A stretch of DNA of 64,000 nt from Acidobacteriota bacterium. Its GTDB lineage: Bacteria > Acidobacteriota > Vicinamibacteria > Vicinamibacterales > UBA2999. A model generated the notes under the pieces. The model made no database searches, was not told the origin of the DNA, and saw only the letters and a list, made by a program, of their open reading frames with translations. Made by a program: the position numbers and the translations under genes. The stretch lies in contig VFZN01000002.1 in assembly GCA_016871195.1 (NCBI GenBank), forward strand, positions 196,690 to 260,689, given 5' to 3'. Shown here piece after piece: positions 45,510 through 52,888 of the stretch (the first letter of the stretch is position 1; each line of letters starts with the position of its first letter).

Positions 45510-45748
45510 CAGGCGGGCGTTCCCCCGGGGCCACGGCTCCCCGGGGCCACCGACGGATCAGGAGCGCCCTCCGAGCCGGCCTGGACCGGGGCATACCCCG
45601 GGCAGTGGCGCACCGGCAGCACCGGGTACCGACGAAAACGTGGGTCGTCAAACGCCCGCCGGCACAGATAGAACCGCGACCGGGCCGCATCGATCACCTG
45701 GCAGTGCGCACACGTCGCGCAGCGTCCCGCATCCATGGTGTGTTCCAT
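45509..45748 (-). CDS. Small (79 aa) Cys/His-rich protein, putative zinc-ribbon-like; its stop overlaps the DsbA-like start by 1 nt
   Basis: ORF 45509..45850, trimmed to ATG 45748: MEHTMDAGRCATCAHCQVIDAARSRFYLCRRAFDDPRFRRYPVLPVRHCPGY.... The pattern is C-x2-C-x2-C ... LC ... HC. An alternative start is ATG 45736. Confidence 0.5.
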   Translation of the reverse strand: MEHTMDAGRCATCAHCQVIDAARSRFYLCRRAFDDPRFRRYPVLPVRHCPGYAPVQAGSEGAPDPSVAPGSRGPGGTPA

Positions 45749-45760
45749 TGTAGGTCGCAC

Positions 45761-45766
45761 TAGAAT
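45761..45766 (+). promoter_or_regulatory. -10-like TAGAAT, 6 nt upstream of the VWA gene ATG (leaderless-type)
   Basis: The sequence reads gcacTAGAATgcggatATG. The intergenic region is only 24 nt and has no SD. Confidence 0.5.
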
Positions 45767-45772
45767 GCGGAT

Positions 45773-46681
45773 ATGACCCGACTGCGTTCCCACCTGCCGG
45801 TGCTGTGCCTGCTGCTGGCGATTGCCGCCGTCGCCCAACCGGCCGTCCATGGCCAGCCGATGTTCCGATCCACCGTGCGCACGGTGCCGATTTACGCCAC
45901 GGTCATCGACAGCGGTGGCCGTCTGGTACCCGACCTCACACAGGACGACTTCACCGTCTTCGATAACGGCAAGCCGTCCGAAACCGCCCTGTTTTCGAGT
46001 GACCCGCAGCCCTTCACCGCTGTCGTCATGCTCGATACGAGCGCCAGCATGACGGCCAACCTCAAGCTGCTCAACCGTGCCGCCGAACAGTTTCTGCTGC
46101 GGCTGCTGCCCGTCGACCGCGCGCAGGTCGGCGCCTTTAACGACAAGATTCAGCTGAGCGGCACGTTCACCAACGACCGCGATGCGCTGATTCGCGCGCT
46201 CAACGAACTCTACTTCGGCAATCCCACCCGACTGAACGATGCCATCGCCACCAGCCTCGACGCGCTCAAGGCGGTCGATGGCCGCCGCGTCATTCTGGTG
46301 TTCACCGATGGGGAAGACACCTCGAGCCGCGAGCGCTTCGGCACCGTGCTCGGCCGCGCCCGCGACGAGGAAGTGATGGTCTACTCGATCGGCCTTGAAT
46401 CGGAATACTTCAACGGCCTGCGTCCCGTGCGCACGCGCCCGTCACGCGACCTCCGGAAGATTTCCGAGGAAACCGGCGGCGGCTACTTCGAACTGCAGCA
46501 GACCGACGAACTGGGCCCGGCATTCGGACGAGTGGCGCAGGAGCTGCGCAGCCAGTACCTCATCGGGTTCACACCGGCGGCGCTCGATGGCAAAGTGCAC
46601 AAGCTCGAGGTGCGCACCCGCAAGCCGGGCATGACCGTCCGTGCGCGGAAGAGCTTTCTCGCCAGCGGCGACAAGAGCTAA
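45773..46681 (+). CDS. Secreted von Willebrand factor A domain protein of the 'VWFA-related Acidobacterial domain' type
   Basis: The protein has a signal peptide. The opening FRSTVRTVPIYATVIDSGGRLVPDLTQDDFTVFDNGKPSE matches my recollection of the TIGR03436-type N-terminus. The MIDAS-like block is MLDTSASM. Confidence 0.78.
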   Translation: MTRLRSHLPVLCLLLAIAAVAQPAVHGQPMFRSTVRTVPIYATVIDSGGRLVPDLTQDDFTVFDNGKPSETALFSSDPQPFTAVVMLDTSASMTANLKLLNRAAEQFLLRLLPVDRAQVGAFNDKIQLSGTFTNDRDALIRALNELYFGNPTRLNDAIATSLDALKAVDGRRVILVFTDGEDTSSRERFGTVLGRARDEEVMVYSIGLESEYFNGLRPVRTRPSRDLRKISEETGGGYFELQQTDELGPAFGRVAQELRSQYLIGFTPAALDGKVHKLEVRTRKPGMTVRARKSFLASGDKS

Positions 46682-47511
46682 CGCGCCGGCAGCAGCCTGA
46701 CCACCGGCATCCAGGGGGCATCGGCGAGCAGCGCCTCGACCAGCGGCCGATGGCCCCGCGCGTGCACCAGCACCCATGGACCATCGGCGGCCTCGCCCAG
46801 CGTGATCTCGAAGCCTTCGGCCGATAGCGCCCGGATGACCGGTGCGGCCGACACCCCTACCGCGACCCACAGCTCCGTGGCCGCGTAGCGCACGGGCGTG
46901 CCGAACTCGCCCGCCGCGGCAGCCACGGCAACCCAGGGCCGTCCGGCACTCGGCACCACACCAGGGGCCGCAGGGCCCGAGCGACTCAGCACGTGTCCAC
47001 CCCGCTGCCACGTCGCGCGCACCACGAGTTCACTCTCAGCGTCGTATCGCTCACCGGCAACGCCCTCGTCTTCCAGTGACACTTCCCGAAGCCGCTCGGG
47101 CGTCGGCAGCCCACGCGCAAAGGCGTCGACGGCCCGCTCGTAATCGCGCTGCGACGCATCCTGTGAGACGCGCGCGGCCTGCTGAATCTCGCGCTCGGCC
47201 TGCAGGGCCCGGGCCCGCTGCTCGGGATGCAGCGGATTGGCCACAAGAGTCACCACCGCTTCCTCACGAGACGTGGAGGGCAACCGCAGCCACGGCGCGT
47301 CCGCGCGTCCATCGCGCGGCGTGCCATCGGGATCGCTGTCGGGCACCGCAATGGCCCCGGCCACGGCCTCACGCAGGGCCGTCGCCAGCCGAGCCGCATC
47401 CGTCGACGCCGCCACGGCGCCGCGCCCCTGGGCGCGAAGCACCCCGGGCACACCAGCCGCGAGCCACATCGCACTGGTGGCCAACAGGCAGCGACGGGTC
47501 AGGCGCGGCAT
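46678..47511 (-). CDS. Hypothetical exported protein with Tat-like signal
   Basis: MPRLTRRCLLATSAMWLAAGVPGVLRAQG. I recognised no family motif. TAGAAT lies 6 nt upstream of the ATG. Its stop overlaps the VWA gene stop on the opposite strand. Confidence 0.5.
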   Translation of the reverse strand: MPRLTRRCLLATSAMWLAAGVPGVLRAQGRGAVAASTDAARLATALREAVAGAIAVPDSDPDGTPRDGRADAPWLRLPSTSREEAVVTLVANPLHPEQRARALQAEREIQQAARVSQDASQRDYERAVDAFARGLPTPERLREVSLEDEGVAGERYDAESELVVRATWQRGGHVLSRSGPAAPGVVPSAGRPWVAVAAAAGEFGTPVRYAATELWVAVGVSAAPVIRALSAEGFEITLGEAADGPWVLVHARGHRPLVEALLADAPWMPVVRLLPAR

Positions 47512-47517
47512 GGCGTG

Positions 47518-47523
47518 ATTCTA
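47518..47523 (-). promoter_or_regulatory. -10-like TAGAAT, 6 nt upstream of ATG 47511 (leaderless-type)
   Basis: The minus strand reads ctggaTAGAATcacgccATG. Confidence 0.45.
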
Positions 47524-47550
47524 TCCAGACGCCGGGCGAAATCGCTCCGC

Positions 47551-47556
47551 TACAAT
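47551..47556 (+). promoter_or_regulatory. -10-like TACAAT, 6 nt upstream of the GGT ATG 47563 (leaderless-type)
   Basis: The sequence reads ccgcTACAATcgcggcATG. No SD is present. Confidence 0.5.
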
Positions 47557-47562
47557 CGCGGC

Positions 47563-49224
47563 ATGTCTCATCCGGCCTCTGGTGATCGCCCCGCCGGCAA
47601 CCCCGCATCGACACGGTCGCCCGCGGTGGGCCGCCACGGCATGATCGCCACCAGCCAGCCGCTGGCATCGGCCGCCGGGCTGCGCGTGCTGATGGAGGGC
47701 GGCACTGCCGTCGACGCCGCGGTCACCGCCGCTGCCGTGCTGGCCGTCGTCGAGCCCGCCATGAACGGCATCGGCGGCGACCTGTTCGCTCTCGTCTACG
47801 ACCCAGCCACCTCGGCGGTGTATGGCCTCGACTCGTGCGGCGCTGCCGGGCGGCTGGCCTCGGCCGGAACCCTCAGGGCCCAGGGCCTCACCGAGATGCC
47901 CGCAGGGGGGCCGCTCACGGTCACCGTGCCGGGTGTCGTCGACGGCTGGCACCATCTGCTGCAGCGCTTCGGGCAACGCACGCTCGCCGACGCCCTCGCA
48001 CCGGCCATCCGTCACGCCCACGACGGGTTCCCCGTGGCGGAACTGGCCGCCGCCGAGTGGGACGCCGCCGCCACGCGCCTCGCGGCCGACCCGGCGGCCG
48101 CGCGCACGTTCCTGCCCGGAGGACGTGCCCCTGTGCACGGTGCGCTCTTCAGCAACCCCGCACTGGGCCGCAGTCTGGAAGTCCTGGCTCGTGATGGCCG
48201 CGACGCCTTCTATCGGGGACCCCTCGCACACGCCATCGTCGACGACCTGCAGCAGCGTGGCGGACTGCTCACGGCCGAGGATTTCGCCGCGCACGCCGCC
48301 GCATGGGTCACGCCGCTCCGCGGCACCTATCGCGGCATCGACCTCTACGAGATGCCCCCGAGCACGCAGGGCTTCGTCGCCATCGAGATGCTGAACATCC
48401 TCGAGCACGACGACATCGCCGCACTGGGGCACGACAGTGCCGACTACCTGCACCTGCTCTGCGAAGCCAAGCAGATCGCGTTCGCCGATCGCACCGCATT
48501 CCTCGCTGATCGCCTCCGCATGCCGCCCGCGGTCCTCGAGCGCCTCGTCTCGAAGGCGTATGCCGCCGAACGCAGGCGTGACATCGACATGATGCAGGCA
48601 CGCACGCACGGCCCAGCGAGGGTCGCCGACATCGCCGGCCGTGCCCGTCCCGTGCGTGACTTCGCTGGCGAAGATCGGGGCGACACCGTGTATCTCACCG
48701 TGGCCGATGGCTCGGGCATGATGGTGTCGTTCATCCAGTCGATCTTCGCGTCGTTCGGGTCAGGCCTCGTCGCCGGAGACACAGGCATCACCCTGCACAA
48801 CCGCGGTTCTGGCTTCTCGCTTGAGGCCGGGCATCCCAATGAACTCGCACCCGGACAGCGCCCCCTGCACACGCTGGTGCCGGCCATGCTGGTGCGCGAC
48901 GGGGCCCCCTGGGTCACCTTCGGCGTCATGGGCGGCGACAATCAGGCGCAGGCCCATGTGCAGATCGTGGCCAACCTCGTCGACTTCGGCATGCACATCC
49001 AGCAGGCCGGTGATGCGGCCCGCCTGCGGGACCAGGGACACTCGGTCGCCATCGAACGCGGGGTGCCCGCCGAGGTGCGGCAGGCACTGGCCGCCCGGGG
49101 ACACCTGGTTGTCGACGGCCGCGGCCTGATGGGTGGCTATCAGGGCATCATGCGCGACTCGCACACGGGCGTGCTGCGGGGCGGGTCTGATCTGCGCAAG
49201 GACGGCCTGGCCATTGGCTTCTGA
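47563..49224 (+). CDS. ggt: Gamma-glutamyltransferase-family protein without signal peptide
   Basis: ORF 47227..49224, trimmed to ATG 47563, which removes the overlap with the divergent gene. Blocks are GMIATSQPLASAAGLRVLMEGGTAVDAAV, PAMNGIGGD and the autoprocessing/nucleophile block GDTVYLTVADGSG. Confidence 0.85.
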   Translation: MSHPASGDRPAGNPASTRSPAVGRHGMIATSQPLASAAGLRVLMEGGTAVDAAVTAAAVLAVVEPAMNGIGGDLFALVYDPATSAVYGLDSCGAAGRLASAGTLRAQGLTEMPAGGPLTVTVPGVVDGWHHLLQRFGQRTLADALAPAIRHAHDGFPVAELAAAEWDAAATRLAADPAAARTFLPGGRAPVHGALFSNPALGRSLEVLARDGRDAFYRGPLAHAIVDDLQQRGGLLTAEDFAAHAAAWVTPLRGTYRGIDLYEMPPSTQGFVAIEMLNILEHDDIAALGHDSADYLHLLCEAKQIAFADRTAFLADRLRMPPAVLERLVSKAYAAERRRDIDMMQARTHGPARVADIAGRARPVRDFAGEDRGDTVYLTVADGSGMMVSFIQSIFASFGSGLVAGDTGITLHNRGSGFSLEAGHPNELAPGQRPLHTLVPAMLVRDGAPWVTFGVMGGDNQAQAHVQIVANLVDFGMHIQQAGDAARLRDQGHSVAIERGVPAEVRQALAARGHLVVDGRGLMGGYQGIMRDSHTGVLRGGSDLRKDGLAIGF

Positions 49225-49279
49225 CCGGTCAGTCATATGATGAGGGCCATCTGGCGTACGTCGTCGAAGGGAGCCACTG

Positions 49280-49933
49280 ATGAATCGCATCGCACTCATG
49301 CTGGTGACAGGCGCACTGGTCGTTTCGGTCGCTTGTGGAAAGTCTGACGCCGAGAAGCAGGCGGAAGAGGCGGCCGCCAACCTCGAGAAGGCCAGTGAAG
49401 CCCTCTCAAAGGCCGCCGAGGGCAAGGGCTCGGCTGAAGACCTGGCCGAGGGCATGAAGGCCCTCACCGACGCCATGAACGGCGACGGCAAGACCGTCGA
49501 CCCGGTGTCGTTCCAGTCGCTCGAGGCCCTGCTGCCCAGCCTCTCCGGTTGGGAACGCGATACGCCACGCAGCGAGCGCATGACCTCGCCGGTGGCCTAC
49601 GCGCAGACCGAGGCCCATTACTCACGCGGTGATGCGTCGCTCGACATCACCATCACCGACTCGGGATTCGCGCAGGCCGTACTCGCCCCGTTTTCGATGA
49701 TGGCCATGATGGGGATGAACCGCGAATCGCGCGAGGGCTACGAGAAGGGCGTCACCCTGAAGGGTCAACCCGGCTTTGAGGAATGGCGCAACGAAAACCG
49801 TGACGGCGAACTCACCTTGCTCGTCGGCAAGCGGTTCCTCGTGGCCGTGAAGGGCAGCCAGTTGCCCGGGGCCGGCACCCTCCAGGACGCCGCCCGCGCC
49901 ATCGACTTCGGCAAGCTCGCCGCGCTGCAGTAA
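49280..49933 (+). CDS. Lipoprotein of unknown function
   Basis: GGGAG lies 8 nt upstream. The lipobox is LVVSVAC. There is an N-terminal helical Ala/Glu/Lys-rich segment. I recognised no family motif. Confidence 0.6.
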   Translation: MNRIALMLVTGALVVSVACGKSDAEKQAEEAAANLEKASEALSKAAEGKGSAEDLAEGMKALTDAMNGDGKTVDPVSFQSLEALLPSLSGWERDTPRSERMTSPVAYAQTEAHYSRGDASLDITITDSGFAQAVLAPFSMMAMMGMNRESREGYEKGVTLKGQPGFEEWRNENRDGELTLLVGKRFLVAVKGSQLPGAGTLQDAARAIDFGKLAALQ

Positions 49934-49943
49934 GTCGGCGCCG

Positions 49944-50942
49944 CTAGATCTGGAAGCCCGACCGCAACGGGTCGTCGGCGTCCAGCACAAACGTGTGCAT
50001 CCCGGTCATCCAGGCCTCACCCTCGATGACCGGGATCACCGCCGTGCGCTCCTCCATCCGCTGCAGCCCCGCCACCCGGCCGGTCAGTGTGAGTCCGAGC
50101 AGCGATTCCTGCACAAACGGCTGATCGTCAAGCAGCAGCCCCATCTCGGTCAGCACCGCCATCACGGCGGCCGTGGCCGTGCCACTCGCCGTGCGATCCA
50201 CCTGACCATCACTGCCCACCGCCACGCTCCGCAGGTGCGCATCACCCGTCGCCGGCCCGGTGAACACGGTCCCCGCCACGCCCGCCAGGTGCTCGTGCTG
50301 CGGATGCTGCACCCGCCGCAGCGCCGACACCTCGGCCGCAATCGCCACGCCCATGCGCCGCAGATCGTCGAGCCGATCGGGTCTGAGCGGAATGCCCACC
50401 GCCTCGGCATCCACCACCGCATGGAAGACCCCGCCGAACGCCAGATCGGCCCGCACGGTGCGCTCCTGTACCACCACGGGCACGCCGGCCTCCCACACAA
50501 ACGCGGGCACACCGGTGACACGCACCTGCGCCCCCTGTGCCGGTCCGCTGCCGTGAGACACATCCACGTCGGCCGTCACCCGGCCCGCCACCGTATCGAA
50601 GCGCCACGTGCTGATGTCACCACGCAGCAGGCCCTCACCAACGGCCAGCGCCGCCACGGCCATCAGTGCCTGCAGGTTGAGGGCCGGCCATCCACTGCCG
50701 TGCATGAACAGCACCCCGGCATGGCCATCCTCCGATGCCGCGTCGGTCAGCATCGCCCCCCACAGGTCGCGATGCCCCCGGGGCTCGCGCATCAGCGCCA
50801 GCCGATAGTGATCGAGCCGCCGCTCGGCCCACGCCTGCCGCTCGTGCATGCGCCGCCCCTGCGGGGCCGGCAACCCGTCGACCACGAGCCGAAGCGGCCC
50901 GCCGGCCACATGCGCATCCAGCGTCCGGAACGTATGAGTCAC
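49944..50942 (-). CDS. Proline racemase / 4-hydroxyproline epimerase superfamily protein, apparently lacking both catalytic Cys residues
   Basis: This is the C-terminal half of ORF 49944..51845. The start is set at GTG 50942 (GATAAT 6 nt upstream): (M)THTFRTLDAHVAGGPLRLVVDG.... Family blocks are GVLFMHGSGWPALNLQAL (versus GV.FfN..Gyl.MCGHgtI) and VDRTASGTATAA (versus DRSPCGTGTSA). Confidence 0.72.
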   Translation of the reverse strand: MTHTFRTLDAHVAGGPLRLVVDGLPAPQGRRMHERQAWAERRLDHYRLALMREPRGHRDLWGAMLTDAASEDGHAGVLFMHGSGWPALNLQALMAVAALAVGEGLLRGDISTWRFDTVAGRVTADVDVSHGSGPAQGAQVRVTGVPAFVWEAGVPVVVQERTVRADLAFGGVFHAVVDAEAVGIPLRPDRLDDLRRMGVAIAAEVSALRRVQHPQHEHLAGVAGTVFTGPATGDAHLRSVAVGSDGQVDRTASGTATAAVMAVLTEMGLLLDDQPFVQESLLGLTLTGRVAGLQRMEERTAVIPVIEGEAWMTGMHTFVLDADDPLRSGFQI

Positions 50943-50948
50943 CGCGGC

Positions 50949-50954
50949 ATTATC
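50949..50954 (-). promoter_or_regulatory. -10-like GATAAT, 6 nt upstream of GTG 50942 (leaderless-type)
   Basis: The minus strand reads ctGATAATgccgcgGTG. Confidence 0.4.
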
Positions 50955-50984
50955 AGTCAGGCCGTGGTGTACGCTGTGGGCGGC

Positions 50985-51914
50985 GTGCGCGCGTTCTATT
51001 CCGATCATTTCGTCCTGCCGCTGCCCGAGGGCCACCGCTTTCCGATGGCCAAGTATTCGGGGCTGCGCCAGCGCATCCTCGACAACGGCATCCTTCCGCG
51101 CACCGCCCTGCACGAGGCCCCGGCCGCCTCCTGGGATGACCTCCGGCTCGTGCACACACCCGCCTACGTCGACGCCGTGGCCACCGGCACCGTGGCCCCC
51201 GACATCCAGCGCCGCATCGGCTTTCCGTGGACGCCCGGCATGGTCGAGCGTTCGCGCCGCTCGGTCGGTGCCACCATCGCCGCCACGCAGGCGGCGCTCG
51301 ATGACGGCCTCGCCGCCAATCTCGCGGGGGGCACACATCATGCGTTTGCCGATCGCGGCGAAGGCTACTGCGTCTTCAACGACGTGGCGGTCGCCGCACG
51401 CGTGCTGCTGCGCGACTCTGCCCTCTCGCGCGTCGCCATCGTCGACTGCGATGTGCACCAGGGCAACGGCACCGCGGCCATCTTCCACCACGACCCGTCC
51501 GTGTTCACCTTCTCGATGCACGGCGCGACCAACTTTCCCTTCCGGAAGGAAGAGAGCGATCTCGATATCGCCCTGCCGGATGGCACGGGCGACGATGCGT
51601 ATCTGACGCTGCTTGAGACGCACCTGGCGCAGGTGCTCGACAGCCATCAGCCCGAGTGCGTGTACTATCTCGCCGGCGCCGATCCCTACGAAGGTGACCG
51701 CCTCGGCAAATTGAAACTCACGATCGCCGGCCTGCGTCGCCGCGACGACATCGTGCTGCAGCGGTGCCACGCCCTCGGCATTCCGACGGTCATCACCATG
51801 AGCGGCGGCTATGCCTATGACATCGACGCCATCGTCACGATTCACGCGGCCACCATCGAGGTGGCGGCCCGTCTCTCCGGAGTCTTGCCATGTCCCAGTC
51901 GTTCCGCCTGCTGA
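50985..51914 (+). CDS. Histone-deacetylase-family (class II HDAC / acetylpolyamine-amidohydrolase-like) zinc deacetylase
   Basis: This is the C-terminal half of ORF 49995..51914. The start is set at GTG 50985 ((M)RAFYSDHFVLPLPEGHRFPMAKY, a typical family N-terminus). Alternative GTGs are at 50964, 50967 and 50976. Catalytic blocks are GGTHHAFADRGEGYCVFND, VDCDVHQGNG, GADPYEGD and SGGY. Confidence 0.8.
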   Translation: MRAFYSDHFVLPLPEGHRFPMAKYSGLRQRILDNGILPRTALHEAPAASWDDLRLVHTPAYVDAVATGTVAPDIQRRIGFPWTPGMVERSRRSVGATIAATQAALDDGLAANLAGGTHHAFADRGEGYCVFNDVAVAARVLLRDSALSRVAIVDCDVHQGNGTAAIFHHDPSVFTFSMHGATNFPFRKEESDLDIALPDGTGDDAYLTLLETHLAQVLDSHQPECVYYLAGADPYEGDRLGKLKLTIAGLRRRDDIVLQRCHALGIPTVITMSGGYAYDIDAIVTIHAATIEVAARLSGVLPCPSRSAC

Positions 51915-52879
51915 ATGAAGCCGAAGTCGCTTCGCTGCTCTCGATGGGCGAGCTCATCGGCGTGATGGAAAGTGCGCTGGCGCGCTTCTCGGCCGGTGAT
52001 GTGCTGCAGCCGGTGCGCACCGTGCTGTCTGTCGGTCCGACGAAGGCGTTCTTCGGCGTGATGCCCGCCTACCTGCCCGACCCCGGCCGCATGGGCGCCA
52101 AGCTGGTGACGGTGTTCAACGGCAACGAGGCCCGCGGATTGCCCTCGCACCTGGCGACCATCCTGCTGCTCGACGCCGAGACCGGGGCCCTGTGCGGCAT
52201 CCTCGATGGCCGGTTCATCACCGAAGCGCGCACCGCTGCCGTATCCGCCGTCTCGGCGCGTCACCTGTCGCGCGTCGAGGCCTCGACACTCGCCATCCTT
52301 GGCACCGGCGTGCAGGCACGCAGCCACCTCGAGGCCCTGAAGGAAGTGCGCGGCCTCAAGGACATCCGGGTGTGGTCGCCCCGTCTCACGAGCCGTGAAC
52401 GCTTTGTGGAAGAGATGGCCCCGCACGTCACCGGCACGCTGCGGGCCACGCGTCATGCCGAGCAGGCGGTCGAAGGCGTCGACCTCATCGTGCTGGCGAC
52501 CTCGTCACCGACACCGGTCATCGAAAATGGCTGGGTGAGCGACGGCGCGCACATCATGTCCGTCGGGGCCTGCCGTCCCGACCAGCGCGAGATGGACCCG
52601 CGCCTCGTGGCCCGCGCCGAACTCTATGTCGACTCGAAGGCGGCCGCGCTCGTCGAGTCGGGCGACGTCGTCATGGGTATCAGGGAAGGCCGCTTCGGCG
52701 AGGCACACCTGCGGGGAGAACTCGGCGAGGTGGTGCTGCGCCGCGTGCATGCCCGCACGTCGCACGATCAGGTCACCATCTTCAAGTCGCTCGGCATGGC
52801 CGTCGAGGACGTGGCCGCAGCCGGCCTCGTGCTCGACCGCGCACACGAGCGTGGCATCGGCCAGTGGCTCGAGATCTGA
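51890..52879 (+). CDS. Ornithine cyclodeaminase / mu-crystallin family protein (candidate delta1-pyrroline-2-carboxylate reductase or cyclodeaminase)
   Basis: The opening is MSQSFRLLNEAEVASLLSMGELIGVMESAL. The Rossmann block is LAILGTGVQARSHLEAL. The gene overlaps the HDAC-like 3' end by 25 nt. Confidence 0.8.
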   Translation: MSQSFRLLNEAEVASLLSMGELIGVMESALARFSAGDVLQPVRTVLSVGPTKAFFGVMPAYLPDPGRMGAKLVTVFNGNEARGLPSHLATILLLDAETGALCGILDGRFITEARTAAVSAVSARHLSRVEASTLAILGTGVQARSHLEALKEVRGLKDIRVWSPRLTSRERFVEEMAPHVTGTLRATRHAEQAVEGVDLIVLATSSPTPVIENGWVSDGAHIMSVGACRPDQREMDPRLVARAELYVDSKAAALVESGDVVMGIREGRFGEAHLRGELGEVVLRRVHARTSHDQVTIFKSLGMAVEDVAAAGLVLDRAHERGIGQWLEI

Positions 52880-52888
52880 CGCCGGGGG

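Noticed and set aside
49944-51914. Two mirror-image ORFs (633 aa on the minus strand, 639 aa on the plus strand) covering the same 1.9 kb. At first this looked like a fully overlapping antisense gene pair.
   Set aside because: Only the C-terminal half of each ORF has family motifs: the proline-racemase family on the minus strand up to about 50942, and the HDAC family on the plus strand from about 50985. The N-terminal halves are shadows of the partner gene. It resolves as two ordinary divergent genes with GTG starts.
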